DNA from: Haloferax volcanii DS2
Lineage (GTDB): Archaea; Halobacteriota; Halobacteria; Halobacteriales; Haloferacaceae
NCBI RefSeq assembly: GCF_000025685.1
Contig: NC_013967.1
Location: 1,680,001 to 1,712,000 of the forward strand
Direction of reading: 5' to 3'
Length of the DNA: 32,000 nt
In this document: positions 16,836 through 24,635 of the stretch, piece by piece
Layout: each line of letters starts with the position of its first letter
How positions within the stretch are numbered: position 1 is the stretch's first letter
Notes under the pieces: model-generated
What the model saw: the letters and a program-made list of their open reading frames with translations, nothing else
Told to the model about the DNA's origin: nothing
Databases searched by the model: none
Program-made: the position numbers and the translations under genes

Positions 16836-18225
16836 CAGTACCTCACAAAGCATCCTCGGCTAGCTGTTTCTGAAGCCTGAGTTCTGTGTCGGAGCGGTTG
16901 CATTGACGGTCTCGACGGGAGAATCATGGACGAATCGGTGGAGAGCTGTCGCTGTCGGCGGCGGTCAGCCGCTGACGCGACAGCGTCGCCACTCACACCG
17001 CTGGCTAGCCCGGTCAAGAGTTACCGGCTAAACCGGTCGTCTGGTGGCCGGTTCGCGGGGACGGCCCGACGCACCGCGAGGGCCGTCCACGCTGCCCGTC
17101 GAATCAAGTTGGTGAATTCCTTGTACGACCACTCCCAGAGGCGACGCCCGCCTCGGCGGGGCGTCGCCACGTACTCCCAGTGCAGATACCGCCACACGTT
17201 CTGTAACAGCAAACTCACCACGACGTACAACAGCCGTACGACCGGATTCTGTGTCGTAGTCGTCGCAATCGTTTGCTCGGAGAGTCGGTAGCTCGCCTCG
17301 ATACCGAAGCGTTTCGCGTAGTGGTATCGAGCGTCTCGTGGTGAGTTGATGAACGGCGCGTCAGCGGCGTAGCCGTGACGCGCCACGCCATGTTCGTCGT
17401 ACCGTCCGTTCTGGTAGGTACAGTCGATGTAGACGGGAAACTCGACGGTCCAGCTGTGACCGTCGAGTTTCGCTGTCAGACTGTGCTGAATCACGCGACT
17501 CCACCCTTCTGAGAGTTCTCGCTTGATCGTTCGTCCCCAGCGGACGATCGGCATGACGTACGCGTGGTTGTGCGCCTGAAGCAGCGTCAAACACTTGCTG
17601 TCGTAGAATTCGCGGTCAAGATAGACGGCCTTGACACCGAGGTCAAGGCCGTCGAGAATACCGAGGAACTCTGCGAGGACACTGCTGGCGGTGTCGCCGT
17701 CTTCGAGACGGCGCACCGCCAGCGTGTAGCGTTTGTTCTTCACGCGTGCGTACAGTGTCGCGTACGCGTGGAACGCGGTGGTTCCACGTTTGCTTGGGAG
17801 TGATAGAGACCGTCCGTGTCGTCTTCGTCACCATAGTAGGGCCGCAGGTGGAGGTCTGCGCAGACCTCCCCGCAGGACGTCGAGAACGTCCTTCTGGAGG
17901 AGCGTGTTCCCGATTTGTTCGAGCGTCTCGAGGTCGAACTTGGTGCGGAGATGGTAGAGAACCGAGTTTTCGTGAGGTGCATCTTCGCTTCTCTTGCAGA
18001 GTGTAGAGACCGAGGTCCCGTCGGCGCAGGCGCCGACGAGGACCTCGTAGATGTCTTCAGCACCGATTTCAGCGTTTTCACCGAGAGTGAGTGCAACTTC
18101 CTCGTCAAGGGAGTTGACGAGGAAGTTAAGGAGCTGGTCCTCGTGGATTGAACCGTCTGCTTGCTTGGTATTAGACACACCTTCAGCAAGCGGACGTCTC
18201 AACTAACCAGCTTTGTGATGTACTG
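16836..18225 (-). mobile_element. ISH3-family insertion sequence, copy A (1390 bp, degenerate transposase)
   Basis: The ends are cagtacCtcacaaagc (16836-16851) and gctttgtgAtgtactg (18210-18225), 16-bp IRs with 1 mismatch. There is a perfect 5-bp target duplication agtct (16831-16835 and 18226-18230). It is closely similar, though not identical, to copy B at 24636-26036. Confidence 0.85.
17021..18202 (-). pseudogene. ISH3 family transposase, disrupted by two frameshifts
   Basis: Homologous to the intact 397-aa ORF of copy B but spread over three frames (17828..18202, 17740..18189, 17021..17743). Relative to copy B there is an 8-nt deletion at about 17866-17869 and a 1-nt deletion near 17791. 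Confidence 0.8.
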
Positions 18226-18230
18226 AGTCT

Positions 18231-19651
18231 GCGCAATTCGAGATGCTGCAGATCTCCACGATAACAAAAACGTAGAGAGCATACTCACGACACATGATAA
18301 GAACGGAGACGAAATACGAACTCTCCACCTCCTTGATGGAGACGAAGAAGCATACCAACATCTCTACGATGGAAGCCCAGAGCTGATTGAAGAGGATCAC
18401 CGAATCCGTGAAGCATACGATTTCTTCAAGCAGAAGCTATCTGATCTGGATACCGATGAACAAATAGACCTTCTCAAGAACGTCGTCAACAATGTTGATT
18501 TAGTTCGGACTTCGTGTGGTAGTATGACTGCGGCGTACCAAGTGTTTCAAACACAAAACGACCGTGGGCTTGCGTTATCTCCGCTTAACCTCGCTAAAAC
18601 AAAACTCCTAGAAGAGGCGAGTCTGGTTGGACTGAACGAGGAGTCCGTTAGACGCCGTTGGGAAAACATTTCCACCCGGTTAGAAGAAAACGACCAGGTG
18701 AGCAGCGCAGCCCCCCGAAGAGCGTTTACGCACTACTTGATTGTCGACGAAGAATACGACGTTCGGAGTAGAGTGACCACCAAAGACTTCTACCGGACAT
18801 TCGCGGCTGCTTTGGACAAGCATGAGGGGGCAACAGAGATACGTCGATTCATCTCAAAGCTTGAGGACTACACAGACAGGTACATAGATATCCACGAAGG
18901 AACCGTTCGTAAATATCAGCGTAACAAGAGGAGTTTGATTAACGACCAAATGAGGTTCTTCCAGAGCAAGAATTCTCATGCTCCGGTTGTTCTCTTGTAT
19001 CTTGTCGAGAACATTGATACAGCGGACGAGATGGAGAATTTACTGCGATTAGCGAACAAGCTGAATGTCCGTCTGAACTTGCAGGATGCTGCGCCAGCTT
19101 ACCATCGAGACAGCATGTACCAACTTGTAACTAAGCTCATCGATAGTAAGCAGTCCAAGTGGGAGGATGAAGCAGAAGATCTAATAAAAGAACGTACCGT
19201 CAGCGACAAGCAGTTAAAAGAGATATTGAAAGGCCGAGAGCTTCCGAACAGCCGCTTCACCCGTTTCCTGCTCCGTGCTCTGGAAGAGGATTACTATAAC
19301 GCTGGCTCTCGTGAGACCAGAATTGACCTTGACCAAGTCGATCTTGAGCATATCGCACCGCTTAGCTCTCTTTCATCGGAGAGATATAGCACATGGGCAG
19401 CGGTCTTCAATCATAATGAGGAACGCTTTGATCACTACAAATCCAGACTTGGAAACCTTACGCTACTTGCAGACCGGCAGAATTCGAGAGTAAGGAATGG
19501 CTCGTATGCTGAGAAGTGCGCTGAGTACGAGCAGTCAGATATTACCATGACTCAGAGAATTCCAGACAATTATCCTTCCTGGGGCTTTGAGACGATAGAA
19601 GACCGTACCCGGACGATTGCTCAAGATATCGTGAATTTGTGGGGTGTGTAA
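18231..19651 (+). pseudogene. GmrSD-like type IV restriction enzyme, remainder (DUF262 C-part plus DUF1524 HNH-like nuclease domain)
   Basis: Continues the frame of 16544..16835 exactly (…FSILV|CAIRDAADLHDNKN…). It contains QVFQTQNDRGLALSPLNLAK and the DUF1524-type nuclease region DLEHIAP...LGNLTLLADRQNSRVRN. Track ORF 18524..19651 is its distal part. Confidence 0.8.
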
Positions 19652-19698
19652 GACCTAGTTCAAAAATAGGCTAAAGGTTGCTGTGGATACCGTCCTAT

Positions 19699-20727
19699 TC
19701 AGATATTGTTTAGGTAGCCTCTCCGTTGTTCTACCTTCTGTTCCTCGGTTCTCTGATCGTAGTGCTTTGAGAGAACTTGCTGACCAACGTTCATACGGTC
19801 GCTAACAACTTTCTCAGGAACATCACGAGAGAGGAAGTGCGTGATACTCCCTCGCCTCACGTCGTGCGGAGAGACTGAGGACGGGCACTTACTGGCACTC
19901 TTTCGGTGATCATCCAGAGCCTCACACGTCGCAACCTCACGGCCGTGTGGGCACTCTCCCGTGTATTCACACGGTCTTGTGAGACGGTACACGTTCTCCC
20001 GTATAGCCGTCCGAGACACACGCCCCTGAGATGTAGTGAATAATGGCTCACGGCCGTAGTCATCACTCATATCGGGACGCACATTCTCTATCCAGTCCGT
20101 AAGCACTTCACACGTATCCGGTCGGAGTGCAACTAGTCTCTCCCCCTCAGAACCATTCTTGAGTGGTGTGTCTTGCTCCGGCCTGTGGTGCAGTCTGATT
20201 CGGGCTTGTGGTTCATCGTAGTCCTGTAAGTCAAGCCCGCGTGCCGCTCCGAGACGGATTCCAGTCCGCCAGAGTAGGAGTAGAAGCGTATGCTGGAAAG
20301 AAGCGTACTGGAAGCGTTCTAGGCGATTCAGAATCTTTGTGGCTTCCTCATTCGTGAGTATAGTTTTCTTGTGGTCTTCGTTAGGCGAGAGAGACGGAGA
20401 GACAACAGACTCACACAGATTGTTCCTCACGGCGTCAATCCTCTCACAGAAGCGAATAAACACCCGTATCGTATCCATCTGAGTCTTCAGACTCACGTTA
20501 GATAGATTTCCTACCTCACGTCTCCAAAGGCGATACTGATGCATCCTCCGTCCACTCAGGACATTCAGATTCTCTATGTCTTGTTCATCACACCACCGTT
20601 GGAAGTAATCCAAGCGGTATCCGTGGGCCTTCAGCGTCGCCTTCGATACCTCTGTTTCTCGTTCTTGTAGGTACATCTCGACCGCTGTTGATGGGTCGAT
20701 AGGTTCCAAGTCGTGTTGGTCTGGCAT
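19699..20727 (-). CDS. tyrosine recombinase / phage-type integrase
   Basis: ATG at 20727 (MPDQHDLEPIDPSTAVEMYLQERE..., a SAM-like N domain). The catalytic region has TGIRLGAARGL (Arg box), HDVRRGSITHFL (H-x-x-R) and LSKHYD (catalytic Tyr). Its 5' end lies about 85 bp from attR. Confidence 0.85.
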   Translation of the reverse strand: MPDQHDLEPIDPSTAVEMYLQERETEVSKATLKAHGYRLDYFQRWCDEQDIENLNVLSGRRMHQYRLWRREVGNLSNVSLKTQMDTIRVFIRFCERIDAVRNNLCESVVSPSLSPNEDHKKTILTNEEATKILNRLERFQYASFQHTLLLLLWRTGIRLGAARGLDLQDYDEPQARIRLHHRPEQDTPLKNGSEGERLVALRPDTCEVLTDWIENVRPDMSDDYGREPLFTTSQGRVSRTAIRENVYRLTRPCEYTGECPHGREVATCEALDDHRKSASKCPSSVSPHDVRRGSITHFLSRDVPEKVVSDRMNVGQQVLSKHYDQRTEEQKVEQRRGYLNNI

Positions 20728-20810
20728 GGTTCTGTTTGGGAAGCCAGACTGAAACAGCGATACGTGCAATAGCACGCCCACAGACCTTGTTTTTGAGTTT
20801 ATTTCATACA

Positions 20811-20841
20811 ATGTCGCGGGTTCAAATCCCGTCGGGTCCGT
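20811..20841 (+). repeat. attR: displaced copy of the tRNA-Arg 3' end
   Basis: See attL. This is a 30/31 direct repeat of 12910-12940. It is not preceded by the remainder of a tRNA. Confidence 0.8.
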
Positions 20842-20846
20842 CCAAA

Positions 20847-20851
20847 TTTTT
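20847..20851 (+). terminator. T5 run immediately after attR, likely the ancestral tRNA-Arg terminator
   Basis: The sequence is gtccgtccaaaTTTTTgg. Oligo-T tracts are the usual archaeal termination signal. The intact tRNA at 12939 is no longer followed by one. Confidence 0.3.
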
Positions 20852-20907
20852 GGCGTTTTCTATATGTAGAAAACGTCCGACTCACGTCTTCTACCGGCAG
20901 GTCTCAT

Positions 20908-20927
20908 CGCGGGTATATATACTCGCG
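20908..20927 (+). promoter_or_regulatory. TATA box embedded in an imperfect palindrome; candidate promoter/operator of the three-gene operon
   Basis: cgcgGgtatatataCtcgcg has 10-nt arms with one mispair per arm position 5. It lies about 90 bp upstream of the ATG at 21014. Confidence 0.35.
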
Positions 20928-21013
20928 AGCAGGGGCCGAAAAAGAGTCCACCACGAAACGGAACGCGGGTCGCCGCTGTCTTGCGGTCGGGCCGGGCCAA
21001 CGGGGTGGTCGGC

Positions 21014-21250
21014 ATGATGCTGCTCGACTCGGAGAGCCGAAAGAGCAGCTGTCTCAACTGCGGGTCACACGTCACCCGCGACTTCCGCCGCGTCTACGGT
21101 GACCGCGAGGACCGCGCGCACCGCTGTCACGAGTGCGATACGCTGGTTCGCCTACAGCGCGGTTCCGCGGGCGGTCTCGACGTTCCGATTCCGGACCCGT
21201 GGGACGGTGCTCCCGGTCGGCACGGCGGTAACCCGGAGCGGTGGCAATGA
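21014..21250 (+). CDS. small zinc-ribbon protein (CxxC-x21-CxxC), paralogue of the chromosomal gene at 28467..28622
   Basis: MMLLDSESRKSSCLNCGSHVTRDFRRVYGDREDRAHRCHECDTLVRLQRG... ATG at 21014 inside track ORF 20981..21250. The stop overlaps the next start (ATGA). Confidence 0.65.
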   Translation: MMLLDSESRKSSCLNCGSHVTRDFRRVYGDREDRAHRCHECDTLVRLQRGSAGGLDVPIPDPWDGAPGRHGGNPERWQ

Positions 21251-21342
21251 CGGTTCGCTGTCCGTCCTGCAGCCGCGACAGCGACTGCATCTTCCGCTGT
21301 GAGTACTGCGGCCGCGATCTCGCGGAGGAGGACCGGCGGTGA
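21247..21342 (+). CDS. 31-aa zinc-ribbon micro-protein (absent from the ORF track)
   Basis: atg acg gtt cgc tgt ccg tcc tgc ... translates to MTVRCPSCSRDSDCIFRCEYCGRDLAEEDRR. Its ATG overlaps the upstream stop (ATGA, 21247-21250) and its TGA overlaps the downstream GTG (GTGA, 21339-21342). Confidence 0.5.
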   Translation: MTVRCPSCSRDSDCIFRCEYCGRDLAEEDRR

Positions 21343-22970
21343 GTTCCGTCGCGAGCGCGCCCCACGAGACGCGCGGTGATCTCCTCTACGACGAATACGG
21401 TTCGTCGCCGTACTGGGCGGTTCGCCAGCTGTACAACCACATCGACGGCGGTATCTCGAAGATCGAGATAGAAGTTCCCCGCCTCGAGGAGGACGGAACC
21501 GAGACGTGGGGGGTCTCGATGGGCTTCCACCAGTCGGGTCTGTCTCCGCGTGAGGCAGATACGGTGAACTCGCTTCTCGAGTACGACATCAACGCGTACG
21601 GTGAGGGAGAGCGGAAGCTTCCAGTCTGTGTGCAGCCGCGACTCGCGTGGTCCGACGAGAACCGTCCTGATAGCGTTCCTGCGACGCTTGGGCCTGCCAC
21701 GAACGTGAAACTGCAGAACGTCGTGAATCTGGAGTTAGACGAGATACCTCACGTCTTCAAGTGGGTGATGCGCCGCGTGTGCGAGAAAGTCGGCTTCGAC
21801 TGGTCGCGCAAGTATTTCGCCGAAGACCCACACAAGTTCTCGACGATAACCCAGCACGAGCGGTACCTGCGGATCGACCGCGATCAAGCGAAGAAGTTGG
21901 TCAGGCGCGACGGCGTCTTCATGCGGTTGTTCATGCTCTCGGCCGACATCGAGGGCTCGCACGTCGTCTACGATTCGAACAACGAGGACGTAGTCGGCTA
22001 CAACCACCAGCTCCGGCTCGATCGGTCGGCTATTGCTGATCTCTTCCCGAACAGCCAGCACCGTCCTCGAGGACTACAGCTGAAGCACTACCACCCGCAG
22101 TACGTCCGAGAAAGTTCGGACGGTGACCCGCTGTACCACCCGAAACTCGGCGCGCTGTACAAGAAGAACCTGAACCGCGATCAGGCGGTCGCGTGGGACG
22201 ACCGGCACGATCTGGTCGGCGACCTGGAAGAGAAATTGCTGAACGTCCTGTCGTGGGCGGACATCCCGACTCGACCCGGCATGTGGTTCGTCGCTGACGA
22301 CCACTTCAGCGCGGTCGCGTCCGGTCGGACCATCGCGCTGTGGGACGATCCGACGCCGCAGATCGAAGCGTCCCAGGAGTCAGTCATCATGCGCACGCTC
22401 TCGCGTCTCTCAGACACGGATCGCGACGTGCTCAAGCACTTGGCACTCACCGACGGCGGAACGAGAGTCGGTGAACTCGAGGACGGTACCGGCTGGTCCT
22501 CCACGACGATCTACCGCGTTCTGCAGCGGCTCTCTGGGCTTCTCGAGAACGACGGCGGAGTCGTGAAGTGGGTCTCCTCGAAGATCGCGCAGGAAGTGCG
22601 CGAGCTGGTGAGTATCGCCGACGACGTGGTAGACTCGGTCGCCGGTCGGATCGAGAACGTACTGAACGTCGACCCGCGCGACCTAGAGCGGTCTGGTCGT
22701 GCCCTGCAGAACTGGCTGAACCGCTACGGCGCGGAGGTTGTCGCCGGAATGGACGACCGTGACGACCGCGTGCGGATTCGTATCCGGACGGTGCTCACTC
22801 AGTCGAAGAACTCCACGGCGACCGGCGAGTACCTTCCCGACGTGCTCGAGGAGGGATACAGCGCGTGGTGTGACGCCGGACTCGACTCGCGGCGGTTCCT
22901 CAACGCGATTGTGACCTATGACCGGGCGTACGGTCCCGTGCAGAACACGGTCGCTCGGAAGCACCTGTAG
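21339..22970 (+). CDS. 543-aa protein of unknown function with a winged-helix-like DNA-binding segment
   Basis: Long ORF with a GTG start coupled to the micro-ORF. The segment DRDVLKHLALTDGGTRVGELEDGTGWSSTTIYRVLQRLSGLLEN (about 22420-22570) resembles MarR/TrmB-type wHTH. There is no P-loop and no catalytic motif I can recognise. Confidence 0.75.
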   Translation: MSSVASAPHETRGDLLYDEYGSSPYWAVRQLYNHIDGGISKIEIEVPRLEEDGTETWGVSMGFHQSGLSPREADTVNSLLEYDINAYGEGERKLPVCVQPRLAWSDENRPDSVPATLGPATNVKLQNVVNLELDEIPHVFKWVMRRVCEKVGFDWSRKYFAEDPHKFSTITQHERYLRIDRDQAKKLVRRDGVFMRLFMLSADIEGSHVVYDSNNEDVVGYNHQLRLDRSAIADLFPNSQHRPRGLQLKHYHPQYVRESSDGDPLYHPKLGALYKKNLNRDQAVAWDDRHDLVGDLEEKLLNVLSWADIPTRPGMWFVADDHFSAVASGRTIALWDDPTPQIEASQESVIMRTLSRLSDTDRDVLKHLALTDGGTRVGELEDGTGWSSTTIYRVLQRLSGLLENDGGVVKWVSSKIAQEVRELVSIADDVVDSVAGRIENVLNVDPRDLERSGRALQNWLNRYGAEVVAGMDDRDDRVRIRIRTVLTQSKNSTATGEYLPDVLEEGYSAWCDAGLDSRRFLNAIVTYDRAYGPVQNTVARKHL

Positions 22971-23286
22971 CCGGTGGCCGTCTGAGTGGCAACACTCTCG
23001 GCCAGTTCCTTCTTTTATATACTACGCTCCGATTTTAGGCTGAACCCTGTTTTCGGGTGGAGTTTCAATTCTCCGTGAGCGGCCGTGCTCGAGGAGATCG
23101 AGCGGGTGCTCTCCCGCTGGATGGGAAAGCCCCCTTAGGGAGTGTGACTAACGTCACAACTGGGGAAAAATAACCCTCCGCCTCCGCATCTCCACCTGAT
23201 GCACGCGAAAGGGGTCTCAAAATGTCGTGCCTATTCGGGCGACGCGTAGCGCCCCATTTATGTTCAATTGCTGTGGACTCGGAGTA

Positions 23287-23676
23287 GTGAGCGACGAACT
23301 CCCCACCGCCAAAGAGATCTTAGCGACTCACGAGCTTGTGGAAGAGCATTGGGATCTCAAGTATCGTGGGACGCGCGTCGCTGCCCCGAGGTTGAAATTC
23401 AAACGACTACTCAGAAGGGTCTCGGAGTCCGAACCGGTGTACCCCCGCGCCGCTGCACTTCTGCGCGAAATCGCAACGGAGCACTACTTCGAAGACGGAA
23501 ACAAGCGGACTGCATGGCTGACGATGCGCGACTACCTGGACCGCCACGGGGAGAAGCCAGCAGACACAGGAGAGACTGCGGTACAGGTGATGAAGCGAAT
23601 TCGCCGTTTCGACACCGAAGAACTCGCTATCTGGCTGGTAACAGGAGATCTCGATCACGATAAACTCGAGCCGTGA
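23287..23676 (+). CDS. Doc (death-on-curing) / Fic family toxin
   Basis: The Doc-type Fic motif H-x-F-x-D-G-N-K-R is present (EHYFEDGNKRTAW). The N-terminus LPTAKEILATHELV is Doc-like. The start is ambiguous: GTG 23287, ATG 23260 or the track start GTG 23227. Confidence 0.8.
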   Translation: MSDELPTAKEILATHELVEEHWDLKYRGTRVAAPRLKFKRLLRRVSESEPVYPRAAALLREIATEHYFEDGNKRTAWLTMRDYLDRHGEKPADTGETAVQVMKRIRRFDTEELAIWLVTGDLDHDKLEP

Positions 23677-23723
23677 ACCACGGAAAGACTCAAGCCGATC
23701 TACTTCGTTGATTTATTCAATCA

Positions 23724-23825
23724 ATGAGTCTCTCTCACCCCGACGAGGAATCCGACGACCACGAAGAGCGGATTGCTCGGTTCATCGAAGAGGACTTCGA
23801 GCTGCTCGACGCGCTTCACGAGTAA
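23724..23825 (+). CDS. 33-aa acidic helical micro-protein downstream of Doc (absent from the ORF track); speculative antitoxin candidate
   Basis: An ATG-initiated ORF, MSLSHPDEESDDHEERIARFIEEDFELLDALHE, sits 48 bp after the Doc stop on the same strand. Confidence 0.35.
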   Translation: MSLSHPDEESDDHEERIARFIEEDFELLDALHE

Positions 23826-24183
23826 CTCCCGAACGAATTTCCTCACCTGTTTTGACGGCAGTAGAAGACTGAGCGATAGCTGTTTCCAGAACCAGTCGCG
23901 TCTTTCAGAGTGACCTTTGACCCACGTCGATCTCGCAGCTCCTCGAGCACACCAACATCCGAAATCGAGTCGTCACCGGGAACCGACCACCACCGGAACC
24001 CCGCCAAACTGAACCATATAGTAAGTAATTATACGCCGCCAAGGGGGTGTGTGGTGGTGGCCGTTGCTCGAAGTGTGCGCGGTCTAGTAATTTTACGTTT
24101 GACACCGACCACGGCCTGTATTCGTGGTTGGTGACTTAGGAGATAGAACTAAGTAGGATTGGGTGGCCGGTGAGGTGTCAGCA

Positions 24184-24411
24184 ATGGTATTTCGAAAGCT
24201 CCGGAACCACGACGGCACCCCGCTTGTTGCACTCGACCGTGACGATCTCGTCCTCGACGGCGTCATCGCTGCTGATGAGGATGAGCGCGAGGACCAGAAC
24301 ATGCACGTTCAGCGGTTGGGCAAAGGCGTCTACGTCGTTCGTCCGGTGCCGGAAGACGGACCGATCCAGCCGCTACACGAGACTGAGCTGTTGCAAGGGT
24401 TGGTCAACTAA
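24184..24411 (+). CDS. 75-aa hypothetical protein (weak resemblance to AbrB/SpoVT-type swapped-hairpin N-terminus)
   Basis: MVFRKLRNHDGTPLVALDRDDLVLDGVIAADEDE...; ATG at 24184 within track ORF 24163..24411. The assignment rests on pattern only. Confidence 0.45.
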   Translation: MVFRKLRNHDGTPLVALDRDDLVLDGVIAADEDEREDQNMHVQRLGKGVYVVRPVPEDGPIQPLHETELLQGLVN

Positions 24412-24452
24412 AATCAGCCTCGAGAAACGATTTCTGATCCAATATTCAAATC

Positions 24453-24632
24453 CTACTTATCGTACAGGTCTAGAATATGCTCTTCTTGAAATCCCATCCC
24501 AAGAATAATACGCTGAATCTGTTCATCTTGGTCGGCCTTGAGATTCGTGTCGAGAACAGCTAATATGATACCTGAAGATAATGCTCTCAATAGACTCATC
24601 TGAAAACTTATGAATTCAAGAATACGATCCAT
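24453..24632 (-). CDS. 59-aa hypothetical protein whose start codon abuts the ISH3 copy B insertion site
   Basis: MDRILEFISFQMSLLRALSSGIILAVLDTNLKADQDEQIQRIILGMGFQEEHILDLYDK. Its ATG (cat 24630-24632) overlaps the IS flank atact. The track ORF 24453..24698 extends artificially into the IS. Confidence 0.3.
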   Translation of the reverse strand: MDRILEFISFQMSLLRALSSGIILAVLDTNLKADQDEQIQRIILGMGFQEEHILDLYDK

Positions 24633-24635
24633 ACT

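Larger units (their letters stand above)
12910..20841. mobile_element. tRNA-Arg-integrated genomic island / integrative element (about 7.9 kb; about 5 kb without its two IS insertions)
   Basis: Flanking direct repeats of the tRNA 3' end, a tyrosine integrase at the right end, an abrupt drop in G+C, and cargo consisting of recombinase, regulator and restriction genes. Confidence 0.7.

Noticed and set aside
17740-18202. Programmed ribosomal frameshifting as an explanation for the three-frame ISH3 copy A transposase
   Set aside because: The closely related copy B encodes the same protein in a single frame. The frame changes in copy A coincide with an 8-nt and a 1-nt deletion relative to copy B, so decay is the simpler explanation.
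22090-22180. A possible HUH rolling-circle Rep signature in the 543-aa protein (LKHYHPQYV followed 26 aa later by LYKK)
   Set aside because: The residues after H-Y-H are not hydrophobic as in true HUH motifs. The spacing to the Tyr is atypically short, and no motif 1 is visible. The evidence is too weak without a profile or structure search.
23057-23173. A 38-codon GTG ORF (MEFQFSVSGRARGD...), and a 17-codon ORF ending at 23138, considered as Phd-like antitoxin candidates upstream of Doc
   Set aside because: Their composition is basic or unstructured and unlike haloarchaeal proteins or known antitoxins. There is no coupling to the Doc start and no RHH, AbrB or Phd pattern.
23826-24162. ORFs 23905..24105 (-) and 23910..24134 (+) in the gap after the acidic micro-ORF
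   Set aside because: The translations are Ser/Pro/Arg-rich or Cys-containing with non-halophilic composition, and the two ORFs overlap each other. The region is treated as non-coding.
24444-24452. A 9-nt match (ttcaaatcc) to the tRNA-Arg T loop, which could mark a third, decayed att copy closing a second tandem element (20842-24452)
   Set aside because: Only 9 of 27 att positions match and the flanks are unrelated. The chance expectation for a 9-mer in several kb is not negligible.
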